Source: Eledone cirrhosa (lineage: Eukaryota). From it: a stretch of 64,000 nt of DNA. Numbering within the stretch: position 1 is the stretch's first letter; every line of letters starts with the position of its first letter. Both the position numbers and the translations under genes were made by a program. Under the pieces are notes generated by a model. The model was not told where the DNA came from and made no database searches. It worked only from the letters and a program-made list of their open reading frames with translations. This document shows positions 48,678-62,093 of the stretch, piece by piece. The stretch lies in assembly GCA_964016885.1 (NCBI GenBank), contig OZ024740.1:305536001-305600000 (forward strand). The letters run 5' to 3'.

Positions 48678-51600
48678 CCACAACAACACGGAAAAATAAC
48701 AACACAAAACACTGTTCCACCCAACCCCTCCCCACCTAAAACAAATACAAAAGCAACCACAACAAAACCCCAAAATATACCCCTCCCCAACAACACGGAA
48801 GAGGACTCCGTATCAACGTCACCCAGTGACGACGAGGGAGAACCCTTTCAACAGGTGAAAAGGAAAAAAAAAAGGCACCACATTAACAAAAATGCTACAA
48901 ACACACAACCACCAGCACAAACAGAACAAACATCACAAACAAAAAAACCCACCTCTCCCCAAAACATAACACATACTACAAAACGCAAACACGCACAAGA
49001 ACAACAAACAAAAACAAACACAACACAACAAAAACTCTATATATACATTAACAAGTACAATAAAACTTTAATGAAAGCAATAGAAAATAACCCTTCGGTG
49101 GAAACCGAAGGGATCACTTTCACCTACGCAGCGAACAAACCGCACCTAATGATGATTAGGGTCCCAACGGAAACCTATGTAACTTTGAAAAAGAACCATC
49201 CAATGCATGTGGGGACCAACTGCACCAAACCACTTAACCACGTCCTATTGAGATGTTTCCCCACTCCCACATCAGACACCCACACCCCACCAAACACCCT
49301 AATCCCACCACACACTGATGTCCTCACCCCACCACAAACCACCACCCCACCAAACAACCCTTCCATCACCCCCATGGAAATTGTGCAGCCTGGTCCCCAG
49401 GAGACGAAGAGGTAAGTAATTTCCTTTCCTCTTCCTTTTTAACTTTTCAGCACCAATATGGCCAATATAAGAGTTGGATGTGTGAATGCACGCGGCCTGG
49501 GGATGTCCTGGAAACAGGGCAAACTCTTAAATGACCTCAGGTCGCACAGAGTGGATGTAATGGTTATTTGCGAGTCCAGGATCAGCAGCGAGCGCCAACT
49601 GGCCCCCATCTTCGACGACTTTGAGATCTACGCATCTCTCTGTCAGCCGAGGGGTGGGGGTGGGGTTGTCGTTCTTCTGCGAAAATACCTGGGTCTTGCC
49701 ACACAGAAGGTACACCTGGACCCGGAGGGTCGACTGGTGGTTTTAGACGTCGGCAGTGGTGAAGGTGGAGCTTTCAGGCTGGTGGCAGCGTATACCCCAT
49801 CTGGGACACCGCGACCGGACTTCTTCCGACGCCTGGAGAATTTCCTGGGAACGTCTCGCTCCTTGCTTTTAGTGGGGGACTGGAATGGTACCCTGGTTGC
49901 ACGTTGGGACTATGTAGGGGCATGTCCCGATAGAGGGGGGGTATAACAGCCTCAAACGATTAATCGGCCGATCTGATCTGGCCGATAGATATCGACTAGA
50001 TTTTCCGACTGTGCCACTGTGGACGTGGACTAATCGTAGCGGAACATCTAGGTCGTACCTAGATAGGTTCCTAGTTAGAAATAAGGATAGCGACATATTA
50101 AGCTGTCCACGAATGTTCATGGTTGACTATTCGGATCACAAGTTGGTGACCGGAGTGGTCAACCTTGATAGAACTCATAGACAGGGACCCGGTTACTGGA
50201 AGCTAAACTTGTCTTTACCGACAAACAAAGCTTACAGTAAGCGGATTAGCACACTAGTTAAGCAGCGTTTGACGGGGGAAATTGTCAACAGCAGGTGGTG
50301 GGGCTCTCTCAAGAGAGAAATTAGAATAGAATCGATAGGTTTTAGTCGGGAATTAGCATCAGGTAGGAATAGAACTGAAAGAGAATTAATAAATAGAGTA
50401 GAAGAGGCGATTAGGAGTGGCAACGTGGCCGGCGTGCTGGCGTCAAGAACGGCCCTAGACCAGTTCTTTGATGCGAAGCACGAGGGCTACGTTGTCAGGA
50501 GTAGAATACGTGCTCTGGGTAACGAGGGAGCCAAAGCTGTTAGCTGGGCCCGAGTGACAGAGGCAAAAAGTGGAAACAAGTCCACGATTCGGTCCATACC
50601 TCGACGGTCTGGCGCGGCTCTCGGACGAGGAGGCGAAGTCCTGCGAGAGAGGCCGATTTCAGCCGCTGAAATAGGGGAAGCGCTGAGCCAATGTGGCAAA
50701 CGCAAATCTCCGGGTCTCGATGGTCTACCATACGAACTTTATGTAGCGATGCCGGGCTTGTTCTCCGGTCTCCTCGAGGCGGTCTACTGCAACTGGCAAC
50801 AGAACGGGAGAATTCCTAGTTCTGTGACCAAGGGCGTAGTCACGCTGGTGAGGAAGGACGAGAACAAGGGGGATGACATAGATAACTTCAGGCCCATAAC
50901 TCTGCTAAACACAGAGTTAAATATTTTGGCCAAGGTGTTAGCGAAGAGGTTGGCGCTTGTCGTCGGGAACCTGGTGGGAGAAGCGCAGACATGCGCAATC
51001 CCGTCCAGGTCCATACACGACAACCTCCACCTCATGCGATACTTCGTAGAGAGGGTAGGGAACGAACCCGGCTTTGGTGGGGCCCTGATCAACTTGGATC
51101 AATCTAAGGCGTTCGATAGGGTTGACCATCGGTACCTGGATGCGGTGCTCGCGGCGGCAGGCTTCGGACCCGTTTTCAGGGGCTGGATTGCTGCAATCCA
51201 CAGCAGCAACACTTGCTCGAGGGTCAAGGTGAACGGCTACCTCTCGGAACCATTCCAAATCACGCGATCCATCCGACAGGGATGCCCTCTCTCCTCCCTC
51301 CTGTATGTGCTGGCTCTCGAGCCACTACTGCGGAAGCTAGAGCTGTTGCAGGGCATCCCCTTGGAACCGGGATTGCGGAAAGCGGTGTCGGCCTACGCCG
51401 ATGACGTGACAGTAATGGTGTCGTGCGCCTCGGAAATCGGGCCGATCGGCACCTTACTGGAGGAATATGAAAGGTTCACAGGAGCCAAGCTGAACCGGGA
51501 CAAGTCCGTCGGTTTGCAACTCGGGACGTGGAGGGGCAAAACGATGCCCTCCGACGGCATCGTCGGACGCTGGACAGAGGGACCGGTGAAGCTGCTCGGG

Positions 51601-53017
51601 GTCTGGTTCGGACCGGACCTCCAGGTGGAGAAAAACTGGGACGAGGTAACGGGCAAGGTGTTTGCACTCGCCCAGAAGTGGGCCGAGTGCAAACTATCCC
51701 TGAAAGGTCGAGCGGAGGTGGCGAACGCTTATATAGCGTCCGTCATCTACTACCGCTTGACCGTCGTGCCTTGCCCAGAGAAAGCACTCGCCAAAATGGA
51801 GCGCGCGCTCTTCCGATTTCTTTGGAAGAAGCGGGCTCCTTTGGTGAGAAGATCCATCTGCTGTCAACACCCTTCGAACGGAGGGCTGGGGATGCCGTGG
51901 CTGACGATGCGTAGACACGCATTAAGGCGACGGCATCTCCAGGTATTCCTCACCGGTCAGCCGGTGTGGGCCCTGTTTGTGAGGCGAGCCTTTCCGAGAC
52001 TCGTCTCACTCACCGAGCTGCAATCCTGGGTCAAGCAAAGACCGAGAAAAGTAGGCGACTGGCACATTGAATGTGCCCAGGCGCTCACGGCCCTCTGGCA
52101 AGCGGATCCGGCAATCAGTGGAGACTCAACCTCAACATTCTATAGAGGGTTGGTGCGCAGTAAGTGTGACGACGCTCTCGGACAGGCTCTGGGCATGGAG
52201 GAAGATGAGCTGGCCAGTCTGTTCGGTAGGACGTTTGGCCCGGGACCGATGGACAACTTCCAAAAGTCCCTGGCTTGGCAATGTTACCGAGGAGCTCTAC
52301 CCGTTTGGGACAAGCTCTACAGATACGGGCGCCCGGGTAGGGACCCCTCGAAGAAGATCTGTCTGAGATGCGTGCGTGACGAGGAAACCGTCGCACACGC
52401 ATTCGTACACTGCCCGGGCGTTGCTGACTTGTGGGGTTATGTGGAACGACTACTGTCGCAGGTGGGACCAATCCAGTTGACCACCGAGAACATTGTCACG
52501 ATCAAACCGCCTCCCCCTTTCAAAAACGAACGAGAGGCGGTTTCCCTCTGTGTGATAGCTATGGCGAAAGAAGTTGTATAGTGGACAAGGTTGAAAGGGC
52601 TGAGGTCAGACACCTTTCTCTCCGGCCAACAACTGGTCTTTTTTTTCAAGTACCACTTTAGAAGAAGGATCAGAATGGAGAGAGAGGTGCTCTACCCCAG
52701 CAAGTTTTATGAAAGGTGGGTGAAAGTAGCGAGAATGGCCCGAGTGAATGGGCCTTCTCTCTATATCAGCCTGTAAGTGAGAGAGGAGAAGAATGAGAAG
52801 AGGAAGGAAGCACCCGCTCTTTGTGCTCCTGAAGAGGAGGGTTGCACATTTTTTCGGGGGTGTGTGCGACCCATGTCAACGCCCCTCCCTATTGAGGACA
52901 TCGATTGTTAAATTAAATTTGTTATATGTTTTTTACACGTCTTTTTAAATGTATGTAAACTCCCCCCTTTGTATTTGTCCCAATCTTTGATGCCCTGGTG
53001 GCAAATAAATAGAAATA
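47345..53017 (+). mobile_element. Near-full-length L1/Tx1-clade non-LTR retrotransposon
   Basis: ORF1 fragments with a CCHC knuckle (CYHCLSRGHLRAAC). ORF2 from 49458: APE (CVNARGL, ICESR, VGDWN, YLDRFL, SDHK), RT (KSPGLDG, NFRPITLL, LDQSKAFDRV, IRQGCPLS, AYADD) and C-terminal CxxC...HxxxxC. Frameshift near 49940, premature TAG at 52579, AATAAA tail. Confidence 0.93.
48583..48688. repeat. (CAC)n/(CAA)n microsatellite inside Tx1 ORF1
   Basis: Direct observation. Confidence 0.9.
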
Positions 53018-53212
53018 TATATCAATTAATACCATGCTCTCCCTCTCCCTATATATACGGCACAGAACTCTCTTCCAAATACTCCTCTCTATATCAATTA
53101 ACACCAAAATCTCCCCTCTCTATATCTACTACACGGAACTTTCTTCCAATCCCCCTCTCTATATCAATTACCACCAAACTCTCCCTCTCTCTATATCTAT
53201 ATCTATCTCTAC
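53018..53212. repeat. CT-rich minisatellite, right part
   Basis: Same units as 46285-47349. Confidence 0.85.
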
Positions 53213-53290
53213 GTAACATGTACATAAATTGTAGCGCATATACAAATAGATGCTTTGGTAGTTTTGGGAGAAAAATATAACTGCCCCTGA

Positions 53291-53473
<183 letters not shown>

Positions 53474-54062
53474 GTGTGTGTGTGTACATTTCTTTGTACA
53501 GTTAGCTTAATTTATTTATATTATTATATGTAATTTTTCATGAAAAGGAAGTCTGTATGTTTTCGAGACCCAAAAATGTTGTTTAATAAATCTTTCTCAC
53601 TGGTTTATCTTTATCATCCTTTAACTGTAAATGTTCAGCTTCTATGTTATCTATATCTTCTATTGCTCAGAAGGGTTGGGGTTAGCTTGAGATCTGACAA
53701 AAGAGAATGTATGATGTCTTAGTCAGGCACAGAAGGGGAAATATCCTATTTTAATTTATTGATGAAATATTTTCAGGGATTTACTACAATTATTAATTAT
53801 TTCATTACTAAGATAGTAACCTAATATAAGGTTCTTATATAAAATTATGTTGGAAGATTTTTAAAATTTAAATTGGAAACCTTTAAAATGGGTTGATTCA
53901 TTTCATAGAACCAGAATCAGTTTTGGCCAAGCTGGTAATAAGGGGTTAATATATACCTGGTAAATTCGTTGCTTTCTTACACCAACCATATCTATATACT
54001 TTGCCTCAAATCAAAATCTCATTTTTACAAAATGAAGCTGTAGGAACAAATTGGATGTTACT

Positions 54063-54160
54063 AATAATTGTTTCTACGTTAGGCACAAGGCCAGCAATTA
54101 CCCAGTGCATTACTGGTACTTTATTTTATCGACCCCGTAAGGATGAAAGGCAAAGTTAAC
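54063..54160 (-). mobile_element. SINE family B 3' fragment
   Basis: ggtactttattttatcgaccccgtaaggatgaaaggcaaagttaac. Confidence 0.75.
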
Positions 54161-54694
54161 TAATAATGACTTGTCACACTACAACTTGTAACGACCACCA
54201 CACCTTCATGGACCAAACAAAATGTAGATTATAACCTAAATTAAATTGAAACACAATAACATATCTGAGGTGCTAGACCTGTAAGTAAGTCCATTATATT
54301 TTCTCAGTTGCTTCAGTGCAAAACTAATTGGATTTGGTCAATAGCAACTGCATAATCAGGTTAACAAATAGTATAATTTGAAAATTAAATGCAAACAATT
54401 AAGTTTAGCTTGAAATTTGACAAAAGGCAAGAGAATGTATTTAAATACCACGACTATATGATATTTTAGTCAGGCACAGAAGGGAAATAATCACCCGCCA
54501 AGCCATGGAGCCGTGACTTCATATCCACTGAAGGTTTTTTTTTTGTCTGGATAGTCTATATTCTTTTTACGACAAGATTATGGCTCGTGGCCAGAGGATG
54601 CACGACTAGAGTAGATCACTACATACGCATATAAAAACAGAATCAAGAAACTACACCATATAAAAATATAAATCTCCTTCACACTCCCTCCTCC

Positions 54695-54920
54695 TAATAA
54701 TAATGGTTTCTTATAAATGCACAACGCCAGCAATTTTTGGGGAGGGGAAAGTCGATTAAATCGACCGAGTGCGTGACTGGTACTTTATTTTATCGACCCC
54801 GTAAGGATGAAAGGCAAAGCTAACCTCGACGGGATTTAAACTCAGAACACAAAGAGACGTAACTATATGCCGCAAAGCATGGTGTCCGATACTCTACCGA
54901 TACTGCCAATCTGCCATCCC
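54695..54920 (-). mobile_element. SINE family B variant
   Basis: Reverse complement of the tRNA head (ttggcagtatcggtagag) plus the shared core. Confidence 0.8.
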
Positions 54921-54924
54921 AATA

Positions 54925-55380
54925 ATAATAATAATAATAATTATTATTATTTCTTTATTGGCCACAAGGGCGAAACATATAGGACGATACAAAAGAGAGG
55001 GACAATAGGGGATGGAAGTTTACAAAACAAAATCGAGTAAAAAAGATAACAGATAACAATAAACAGTAAAATATTTAACAATAAAATTCCTCAATAGGTG
55101 GGGGAGTACCACACAGGGGTTACTTTGGAACCCCACCAATCTTAAACTACTCTACTTTCCAAGAGCACCATAGAAGGGCGCCCCTCTCCTCTCTAAATTC
55201 TCCAGCCTACAGAAGCATAGTCGATTAGACTCATTCACTTGGGCAGCTACATTCACCCACCTTTTAATAAAAGTACTAGTGAACAGTACTTCTCTCTCCA
55301 TCCTCACCTTCCTTTCCAAGTGGAACTTGAAAAAGTTGACGAGGGATTGGCCGAAGAGGAAAGTGTCTGCCTTCAGCACG
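54925..55380 (-). mobile_element. Tx1-family 3' fragment
   Basis: LKADTFLFGQSLVNFFKFHLERKVRMEREVL parallels the 52591-52776 translation; AATAAA and (AAT)n tail. Confidence 0.8.
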
Positions 55381-56046
55381 AAAAGTAGATCTCCATCTCT
55401 GATGAAATAACTGATATTTAAGACACTCCACCGCCTAAGATCAAAAAATTAGTTCTCTTTTGGTAGAAGTTATTGTAATGTCTTATTTCCAACTATGCAG
55501 AAACTACGAACAGATTGAAACAAACAACGAAGACAGTTTATTTCTAAGAATTCAAAATGACATTGATTTCATATTTGACAGTTATTTTGACAAAGTAATG
55601 ATGACACTTAGGGGCTAGTGTGTTATTATCACAAATTCCCCTGGTGGAACACAAACACCAGTAGTCCACATATGTTGTACTTTGACTTCAGTTGAAAAGA
55701 ATTTCAACTAAATTGTGAAAAAGGTCAAGGCCATTATATTTATAGTTTAAAGGCCCCTCTGTATTGCATGTTTGTAAGTTTACTTACAAATCAAGCCACT
55801 TTTTTAGCAACCTTTATTAAAGAGATATTCCAGTACATACATAAAATCGTTCCGACGGCGAATAACAATACTTTTGGCAATAAAATTTTTATTTTGAATT
55901 TCTTTCATCTACCCAAATTTAGTAATGTAAATGTGTTATCTCGTTTAAAAGAAACTCAGAGACGCTAGAATGAAGATACTGTAATGTTTTTGGTTGACAA
56001 TGGATGCTGAAATTAAAGAAGATTTGTTATTATACGCGTAGTACCA

Positions 56047-56400
56047 ATGCGTGACTTAATGGTTACAGCGTTGAGCTCGCAATCGTAAGGTTACGAGTTC
56101 AAATCCCGGACCGGGCCGAGCGTTGTGTCCTTGAGCAAAACATTTTATTTCACGTTACTCCAGTTCACTCAGCTGTAGAAATGAGTTGCGACGTCAGTGA
56201 TGCCAAGCTGTATCGGCCATTGCCTTTCCTTTGGACAACATTGGTGGCGTGGAGATGGGTGACTGGTATGCATGGGTGACTGGTATGAATGGGTGACTGT
56301 TGGTCTTTCACAAACACACCTTGCCAAGGTTTGTGTCTGGAAGGGGAACTTTTCAGATGCCAAACCATGGTCATTCGTGACGGAAGGTGGGGGTGGGGGG
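56047..56400 (+). mobile_element. tRNA-derived CORE-type SINE (related family)
   Basis: B box GTTCAAATCC and ccttgagcaaaacatttt...cagctgtagaaatgag core. A related degraded copy lies at 59228-59450. Confidence 0.75.
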
Positions 56401-57039
56401 CTACAATACGGTATCAATTACATTTGAAGAAATTAAACCAGCAATATAATTTGATTGGCTTCAACAAAATCTTACAATCCATACAATCCCATTAGGACGA
56501 CAATTTGAAATACATTTTCATAAATTCTATATATGTTATGACTTTTAAAATCAAACTCACCGAGAAGAAAACCACGTATGATGGTTAATGATGTCAAGTG
56601 TTAAAGTTCTTCATTATTCTATGGTAATCAAGGTCTTTAAAAGCTTATCCTGTTTTATACAAAATGTTATAAGAATTTTATTTATTTTATTTTATTAATA
56701 TCTTTGCCAACAGTGGTAAAAAGATTAAACAAAGGGACACAACTCAATTTGTCTTAAATTTGCCGTCCCACAAATCCATTTTATTTCTTAAAATGGGAGT
56801 GATTTCCCTTTAGTAATATTTTATAAAGTATTTATTACTTTTTAAAATTAAAATCCTAGTGGTTATGATATGAGTAATACACGCACAATCATTTTCTATG
56901 TGTAATATTAAATAGCATTATTGTGTTGTTTGTAACTGACTTCCCACAGGCTGATTCACTGGTTCACTGTATTTACTTGTTTTTTCAGTTAATTACAATT
57001 ATGATAAAAAATTAAAAAAAGCCTGTACAATATTCATGG

Positions 57040-57295
57040 CACTAAGGAAACAAATAAATCATTCTGCCAGATGAGCAGAAAGGGCGCAAGCGTAAGTGAA
57101 GCTTTTGATAGATAAAACTATACTTAAGGATAGCAAGAGGAGAAAAAACAACTTGACCATGGCGTGGATCGATTACCGCAAAGCCTATGACATGATTCCA
57201 CACTCTTGGGTTATGGAATATATTAACTTATTTGGTATTGCATTAAATGTTGAGTGATTCTTAAGGAAAAGTATGAAAGACTGAACAGACAGCAT
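57040..57295 (+). mobile_element. R4/Dong-like RT fragment
   Basis: ILPDEQKG...LLIDKTILKDSKRRKNNLTMAWIDYRKAYDMIPHSWV. Confidence 0.75.
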
Positions 57296-58427
57296 ATGGA
57301 AATTTCTTCATTTTGCAGTCGACGAGAGGTCAATACACGGGTTTTTTTCTTTACTCACTTATTGTTTTATCTTTTTCTTTCGGCTTCTGAAAGGTAACCC
57401 GTTGTACATCAGGGCATTACTGCATTAAAAAAACTCCTCACATTCCTTAGAAAGTCTCCTTATCCAATAGATTGTTTATGTTGTTTTCACCAATAGTCTT
57501 CTTGGAAATTGTGAAGGATATCTTTTATTTCTTACACCACGAGCACAATATTTTGCTTTTTAAAAGAAAAACCATCCTCCACCAACTTTGCATTGTTCAT
57601 GCAACTTGTGAAGTTGAAGAACTGCAGGCAGACAGCATTCTTTCTATGGGGAGTCTTGAGGTATAGCCGGTCCCTTCTAGATACTCCTTCTTTTCCTTTC
57701 TCAATGGCCACATGGGTTGAAAATGCCGACTGAAATATCTGGCTGGATCTGTGCTGCATGAGCGAACATCGTTGCTGCGTGGCGTCCCACATCCATGACC
57801 ACTTATGATGATGAGAAGACGATATATTTTCTTTTCAGACAATTCTTTGATGAGGATCTAGTGGTTCTGTATCAGCCACAACAGTTTTGGTGAGCATTCC
57901 TGTGGTATACACTTCAGGGACCTACTGTTGTTCTTGCTGTTGCTACCGGTTGTTATTTTTTCTTCCCCGCGTTCTATATTTCTTTTCTTTTTTTTAGGCA
58001 GAGAGCCTTGAAGTGGTTTTTACTCCCATATATCTTATAACTTTTTGACATGAACACCACCAAGTTTGTCGATTTTAAAGTTAAATATTTCATGGAATAT
58101 ATTTCCGAGATGGCCTTGTGGTTCTCGGAGAATTCGGTGTTCTATTGTGACTATCAATCAATACTTTTTTCGCCAGTGTTCGCAAAATCTCATCTTATTT
58201 TATCACGGATGTCACTATCAGCCAGGGATCGATTTTGACCGTGACTACCGCCTTCCTTAACCTCATGTACGAAATTTGGTCTATGTTTCGGAGTGCATCA
58301 TCATCCAAAATAACTTCTAAATTGTACAGTTGACAACAAAACAAAAATAGAAAACAAACATTTGAATCACCAGCAAACGTAAAAATTCGAAACCAGTAAA
58401 AACAAAATGACATTTCTTTTGTAACCC

Positions 58428-58845
58428 ATAATAATATTTTCTAATTTTTGGAGGGTGTGTGGGGTGAAAGGGAAAGTCGATTATTGCGACCCTTGATCGA
58501 CTCTTTATTTGTTCGACCTCGGAAGGATAAAAGGTAGAGCTGATCTGAGTAGGATTTGAACTCAGAACATAAAGAGCCGGAATAAATATTGCTATGCATT
58601 ACTCCGTCGCTCTAACGATTAAGCCAATCCACTGCCCTTTTATAACTCATAATAATAATCGTATCTAACATAGGAATAAGGCCAGAAATTTGAAGGAAGG
58701 AGTTAGTTGATTAAATCTACCCTAATAATTGAATTGTACTTTATTTTATTGACCCGGATGAAAGGTCACGGTAACCTCGGCGGGATTTGAACTCAGAGTA
58801 AATATTGTTTGGCATTTTGTCCGATGCTCCAACAATTCTGAATTA
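58428..58845 (-). mobile_element. Two adjacent diverged SINE B-like copies
   Basis: Reverse B box ggatttgaactcag occurs twice with the shared core. A further copy lies at 62655-62860. Confidence 0.65.
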
Positions 58846-59677
58846 TTTTTGCTATAGTTTTATGTACACTTTTTTTTTATTCTTAGATCAGCTCTGATCA
58901 AATAGGCCTAAGATCAAAGGCATTTGAACCGCGATCATCCTGTGTTTTTCAAATATGCACAGAGACCAGGATTACATTATCCAACGTATTCCTGTTTTTT
59001 AAGAAGGCAGAGTGTGACTTTGTGGATATTTGGTTATTTTTAGCCTCAAGGTAGAGGCTTGTAAATAACCATTCGACCATATCAGTGTTGATATACATAT
59101 ACAACGGACCAGTAAGATATCCTGTAAATAGCCACGTGACCTTATTAGTGTTGATGTACAACGGTAAAGAATCATCAGTGACTGCAAAGCCAATAATTTG
59201 TGGCCGGTTTACAAATTTTAAGCAGTGTGGAAGCGCATGGCTGGGTTGTTTGTTGTGTTCTTAAGCAAAACACTTCATTTCACGTTGCTCCTGTATACTC
59301 AACTGAAAATGAGTACCATCTACAGCTGGAGGGTTAATCATGCGACGGACTGGCGTCCTGTCTAGGAGGAGTCTTGCACTCTCAGGATAAACACCGGCCC
59401 GACGAGCCTCATAGCTTGAGACGGATTTTAGACTAGACTAGACTAGACTTTCGTATTGTTCCCGAGTAGAGAGTAAGTAATCTTGGTATGTGTAGTGATT
59501 GCATTTTGACGCTGTTGAAGAAGACACCACAAGAAGAACTATGAGTACAACATTAATCGAACGATTCTTTGATCAGCTGTTTGCATAGTGACTCTACTTA
59601 AACAGACTTGAACGAAGCCACTTAACAATGACAACAAATGCATCATCATGATGATGCTCAACAGCAGCAGCAGCAGC

Positions 59678-59709
<32 letters not shown>

Positions 59710-60363
59710 ACAACAATAACAATAAATGCCAGCATTTATGAGCGGTTTGACTGGCAATAATAGACTCTCAATGGTTTCTTCAGAAAGGCTGTCTTTATCT
59801 GAGGTGGTAGTAGTTGATATAACACGGCTATTAATGGACGGCGTTGCGATATTAGTGTAAATATTGATTGAGTCAACTTTCACATAGACCAATTCCAGTT
59901 TCTCCCGCTTTACTTATTGTTTAGGGACGACACAATAAAACCTGTCTATTGATGCTTATAATAAGATCTTTTGTTTCTTTGTATTAATCGAGACACACCT
60001 CTATAGAGCAAACCATAATGTTGAACTAACGTTACAGTCATGGGATGAAGATGATTATAGTGATGTTGGCAGGAATGATATGATGAGAGTGAAGGTGATG
60101 GTGATGGTAGCGTTGATTGTTTTAATGATGGTGGAATTGGTGATTATGACGATGATGGTAGTGGTAGTAATCATAACGCTAGTAAAGATGGAGCTGGTAA
60201 TTATGGTCATAGTGATAGTAACAGTAGTGAGGATAGTCATGATACCAACTCCTCTGAACAAACAAATAGTTTACCACTCCACCCAAGCCTAAACACCTGT
60301 TCATTCGCCATCTCTAATGGATCTCACTTCCTAATATATATATATATATATATATATATACGT

Positions 60364-60459
<96 letters not shown>

Positions 60460-60639
60460 ACAAACACACACACACAAGAATAAACGATGAAGTTTCATTT
60501 ACATGTATTTATGTTTTTATTGAGTATTGACCTATTACGGGTGTTTCGTAGATGATTGGCTCAAGGTCATATATGGAAATTATGGACTCAACTTCGGCAT
60601 CGATCTGCTCATCAGACAGGCAATACAACAAAAATTAAA

Positions 60640-60695
<56 letters not shown>

Positions 60696-60696
<1 letters not shown>

Positions 60697-61040
60697 TTAT
60701 TGGTTATAGAACGGGGGTGGTTGATATATTGGAGGGTTTATTTGGGCACCCTGTAGAGGTAGTATAGTCCGGTTTCGAGGTTTAGTGTAACGTCCAGGAA
60801 GTCCACTGAACTCAGGTGCTGCTGGATGGGGAAGAAGTCCAGGAGATCTTTTCTGGTTCAGTCGGTTGCGCGGGTGCTGCATATATATATATAGTCGTTT
60901 TGGAAGCCTCAACAGTGCAGATGGGTAAATCTCCGGGTAACAGAATCAGGTGGTAATGAGAGAGAGAGATGTAAGATGAAGCGTAGAAAGAGACGTAGAG
61001 AGCGTAAAAGAACATAGGAAAATTGTAAAAAATAATAACA
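60696..61040 (-). mobile_element. Possible solo LTR-like segment
   Basis: GC-richer block between microsatellites; minus strand TGTTATT...TATA tract...AATAAA...AATAAC. No TSD recognised. Confidence 0.25.
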
Positions 61041-61088
61041 CGAGATAGATTTACTTTGGAAGCGATTTATTAGTCCCTATATTTGGGA

Positions 61089-61192
<104 letters not shown>

Positions 61193-61944
61193 ATATATAT
61201 ATGGGGGGTGTATGCATATATATATATATATGCATACACCCCCCCCCACACACGTTATAGATATATTATGCATACACATATTAAAAAGGGGTCAGAGCGT
61301 TTGTTAAATACCTGGTGTCTCCTATTAATAATGTGTAGAGTTTCAATGGTGCAAAGATAGCAGCCGCACGAAAGAGATCCACTTACATATGAAAATGCTT
61401 TTGCGAGAGTGCGCCAAGATAGAAAGTATTGTACAGGGATCTGTTTCAGCCTCGATATGAGTTCGAATAGTGCCGTGCTTCGTCTCTTATCTATCCGGTT
61501 AAAGGAGTGGCGATGATTGTAGCATCTATCCTTAAAACTAGCCGCTGTTGCGCCGATGTGGTTATACGTTTCGTCTCTAGTAGTAACTCTACATTCGTAT
61601 ACTATGTCTCTTTGAAGGTATTTATTCTACATAGAGCAGTTGGCTGGAATCCTGAAGTTACAGTTGATGTTATTATCGCGTGCTGTGTTAGAGACAGTTA
61701 TATCTGTCTGTCTGGTCAACTATCTACGGTGGGTTATTGGAATTGTGTCTATTCTGTCTATTATTCCGTGTCCTTATTATGTTTCCGTAATGTTCTGTGT
61801 TTTGTTCTGAAGTCTGTGCGTGTTTGCGTTATGTTCAATCTTCACTTTGACGTCTTCGAAATGCGGATTATAAAACAAACAGATCATGTACATTTAAAAC
61901 TGTCTTTCTTCTTTATAACACGCACACACACACACACACACACA

Positions 61945-62002
<58 letters not shown>

Positions 62003-62053
62003 GATATAGATATTTATATGCATACATATGTATGTGTGGGTGTGGGTGTGTAA

Positions 62054-62093
<40 letters not shown>

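Noticed and set aside
50232-52661. Multiple overlapping ORFs inside Tx1 ORF2
   Set aside because: Shadow frames of a GC-rich coding sequence.
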